The notes below the pieces were generated by a model. That model was not told the DNA's origin, searched no databases, and saw only the letters and a list, made by a program, of their open reading frames with translations. The position numbers and the translations under genes are program-made. This document shows, piece by piece, positions 62,521-64,000 of a stretch of 64,000 nt of DNA. The stretch comes from a virus (lineage: Duplodnaviria; Caudoviricetes). The stretch covers positions 13,829 through 77,828 of IMG/VR virus record IMGVR_UViG_3300012943_000004, one strand, 5' to 3'. The stretch's first letter is position 1; each line of letters begins with the position of its first letter.

Positions 62521-62952
62521 TTGGTCGCCAGAAAAGGCATGCGGGTTTCTTTTAGAAGTGGAATTATCACCGTAGGACTCAGAACAGTTCTTGCGCGTAC
62601 CTGTTTCAAGTGTGACGAGTTCAAGCCTGCGAGCGACTTTCCCAAGACGGATCGCAAGTACCTCGAGTCTATGTGTTTTAAATGTCATGCGATTTTCTCA
62701 AAGAAAGCGCTTAATGAGTACTTTGACGAGACAATCGAGAAAGCTGACAAACATAGAAACGCTTGGACTACCGAGGAACAAGAGTTTCTCGAACAAACTA
62801 GAGATCTTCCTGCGCTAGAAGTAGCACTCGCTCTAGGGAGAACATATTACGCAGTCACGTGCCGTCGCTCACTCTTAAAACGCGATAGCGACAAAGAGGG
62901 CGAAGCAAGCAAAGATGATTCTATTCAGCAGAAAATAAGCGACCTGGAGTGA
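62521..62952 (+). CDS. Zinc-finger plus HTH (HNH-associated-like) protein
   Basis: CFKCDEFKPASDF...CFKC; WTTEEQEFL...EVALALGRTYYAV. Confidence 0.7.
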   Translation: MVARKGMRVSFRSGIITVGLRTVLARTCFKCDEFKPASDFPKTDRKYLESMCFKCHAIFSKKALNEYFDETIEKADKHRNAWTTEEQEFLEQTRDLPALEVALALGRTYYAVTCRRSLLKRDSDKEGEASKDDSIQQKISDLE

Positions 62953-62953
62953 A

Positions 62954-64000
62954 ATGCGAGCCGTATTTGAAACCTCGACTATTGCTGATGCGGTAGGAAA
63001 GGCAGCAAGCGTTGCGCCGACTAAGGGAAATAACTTCGATAAGTGCGCAGGTGTTCTATTTCTCCTGGATAGCAACGGTACGTTTACTGTTAAGGCTACT
63101 AATCTGGATATCTTCTATCTCCAGGCGGTCAACGTACTAGAGACTGAAGGACAGGGAGAATGGCGACTCCCGAGTACCATTATCTCAGCCATGCTCGCTA
63201 AGTTGCCTATCGGGTCAGGAAAGACCGTAGAATTAATCCAGAACGGCAACGAGGTAAATCTCCTCTCTGGCCGAACAAAGTGTCGAATGCGGCTTATGGA
63301 TTCCTCCTACTTTCCACAGTGGGAGGGCTTTGATCCTCTCGGGCTAGAAGTTATTCCTGGCCTCGGCGGAAAAATCAAGATGGTGGAATGGGCTGCAGAT
63401 ACTAAGGGAACTCCTCCTCTCAGCGGCGTTCATCTTGATTCTACAAAGATTATCGCTACAGATCGATATCGCGTAGCCACGGTTCCAATCGAGGCTAGTC
63501 CTATCTATGAGCCGATAACAGTACCCGTTGGAATCTTTGATCCAATTATCAAAACCATGAATGACGTTTCGGTAGGCATTAGTCAGGGACAATTCTTGCT
63601 AATGCCAGATGCTTCAACCCAAATCAGAGCAACGATCTTTGGTGACGCTTACCCGAATATCAATCGAGTTTTAAAGCGCGAATATCCAAACTCGTTCAAG
63701 ATTCGCAAATCAACTTTCATCGAAATGATTGATCGAGCACTTGTGTTCGCCCAGGGAGACCGGGTTGCAGATCTATCTGTATATATCGGTCGTGAAGAAC
63801 TTGCGGTGTCTATGAAGGACGCAGAGGTCGGTCTGTTTGGAGACGTTACCGATATCCCTGGATACGCAGATCATAAACGTGTCGAGCTGCTCTTTACTCC
63901 AACAAACTTAACCGAGCCTCTCAGTAATGCGCCGTCAGAAGAATTGATCTGTCATTACAACGCTGATGATGCGCATGGATCTTTCTATATAGACGGCGGC
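62954..64000 (+). CDS. dnaN: DNA polymerase III beta sliding clamp, 5' part (runs off the window end)
   Basis: My translation: MRAVFETSTIADAVGKAASVAP...KATNLD...LSGVHLD...ATDRYRVA...; absent from the ORF track because no stop lies in the window. Confidence 0.88.
   Translation, partial: MRAVFETSTIADAVGKAASVAPTKGNNFDKCAGVLFLLDSNGTFTVKATNLDIFYLQAVNVLETEGQGEWRLPSTIISAMLAKLPIGSGKTVELIQNGNEVNLLSGRTKCRMRLMDSSYFPQWEGFDPLGLEVIPGLGGKIKMVEWAADTKGTPPLSGVHLDSTKIIATDRYRVATVPIEASPIYEPITVPVGIFDPIIKTMNDVSVGISQGQFLLMPDASTQIRATIFGDAYPNINRVLKREYPNSFKIRKSTFIEMIDRALVFAQGDRVADLSVYIGREELAVSMKDAEVGLFGDVTDIPGYADHKRVELLFTPTNLTEPLSNAPSEELICHYNADDAHGSFYIDGG

Overview
This window is an interior 64-kb slice of a large tailed dsDNA phage genome. 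It looks like a long-tailed siphovirus with a Mu-like head module. GAAAGG/AGGAG ribosome-binding sites, TTGACA-N17-TAnnnT promoters and the gene families point to an actinobacterial host (inference). 1-26.5 kb (minus strand) is the morphogenesis operon: a candidate TerS with a TGT-like N-terminus, TerL, portal, protease/scaffold, decoration protein, major capsid, neck proteins, tail tube, tail assembly chaperones with a GGGGGAA -1 frameshift, a tape measure with an NlpC/P60 domain, minor tail and fibre proteins. 26.8-31.6 kb (plus strand) carries an AEP primase, a Zn-finger/DUF3987-type helicase-like protein, a MazG-like protein and a lysozyme-like lysin. 31.6-33.2 kb is non-coding and repeat-rich (candidate origin or genome end). 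It runs into a ~2.3-kb island with a distinct sequence grammar (CGGAC enrichment, AAAACGGACTTTC x4, no AGCT, GAA-only Glu codons). 33-64 kb (plus strand) holds early/middle genes: many small ORFs behind a repeated hairpin leader, a tRNA-Leu(UAA) with a short variable loop, four highly structured intergenic regions (candidate ncRNAs), three proteins sharing a PS(S/T)GAISA HTH-like motif, a MoxR-type AAA+/vWA pair, HNH, tyrosine recombinase, SLOG protein, SSB-like protein, SNF2 helicase, oligoribonuclease and a beta sliding clamp cut off by the window end. All function calls come from motif recognition by eye; no database searches were run.
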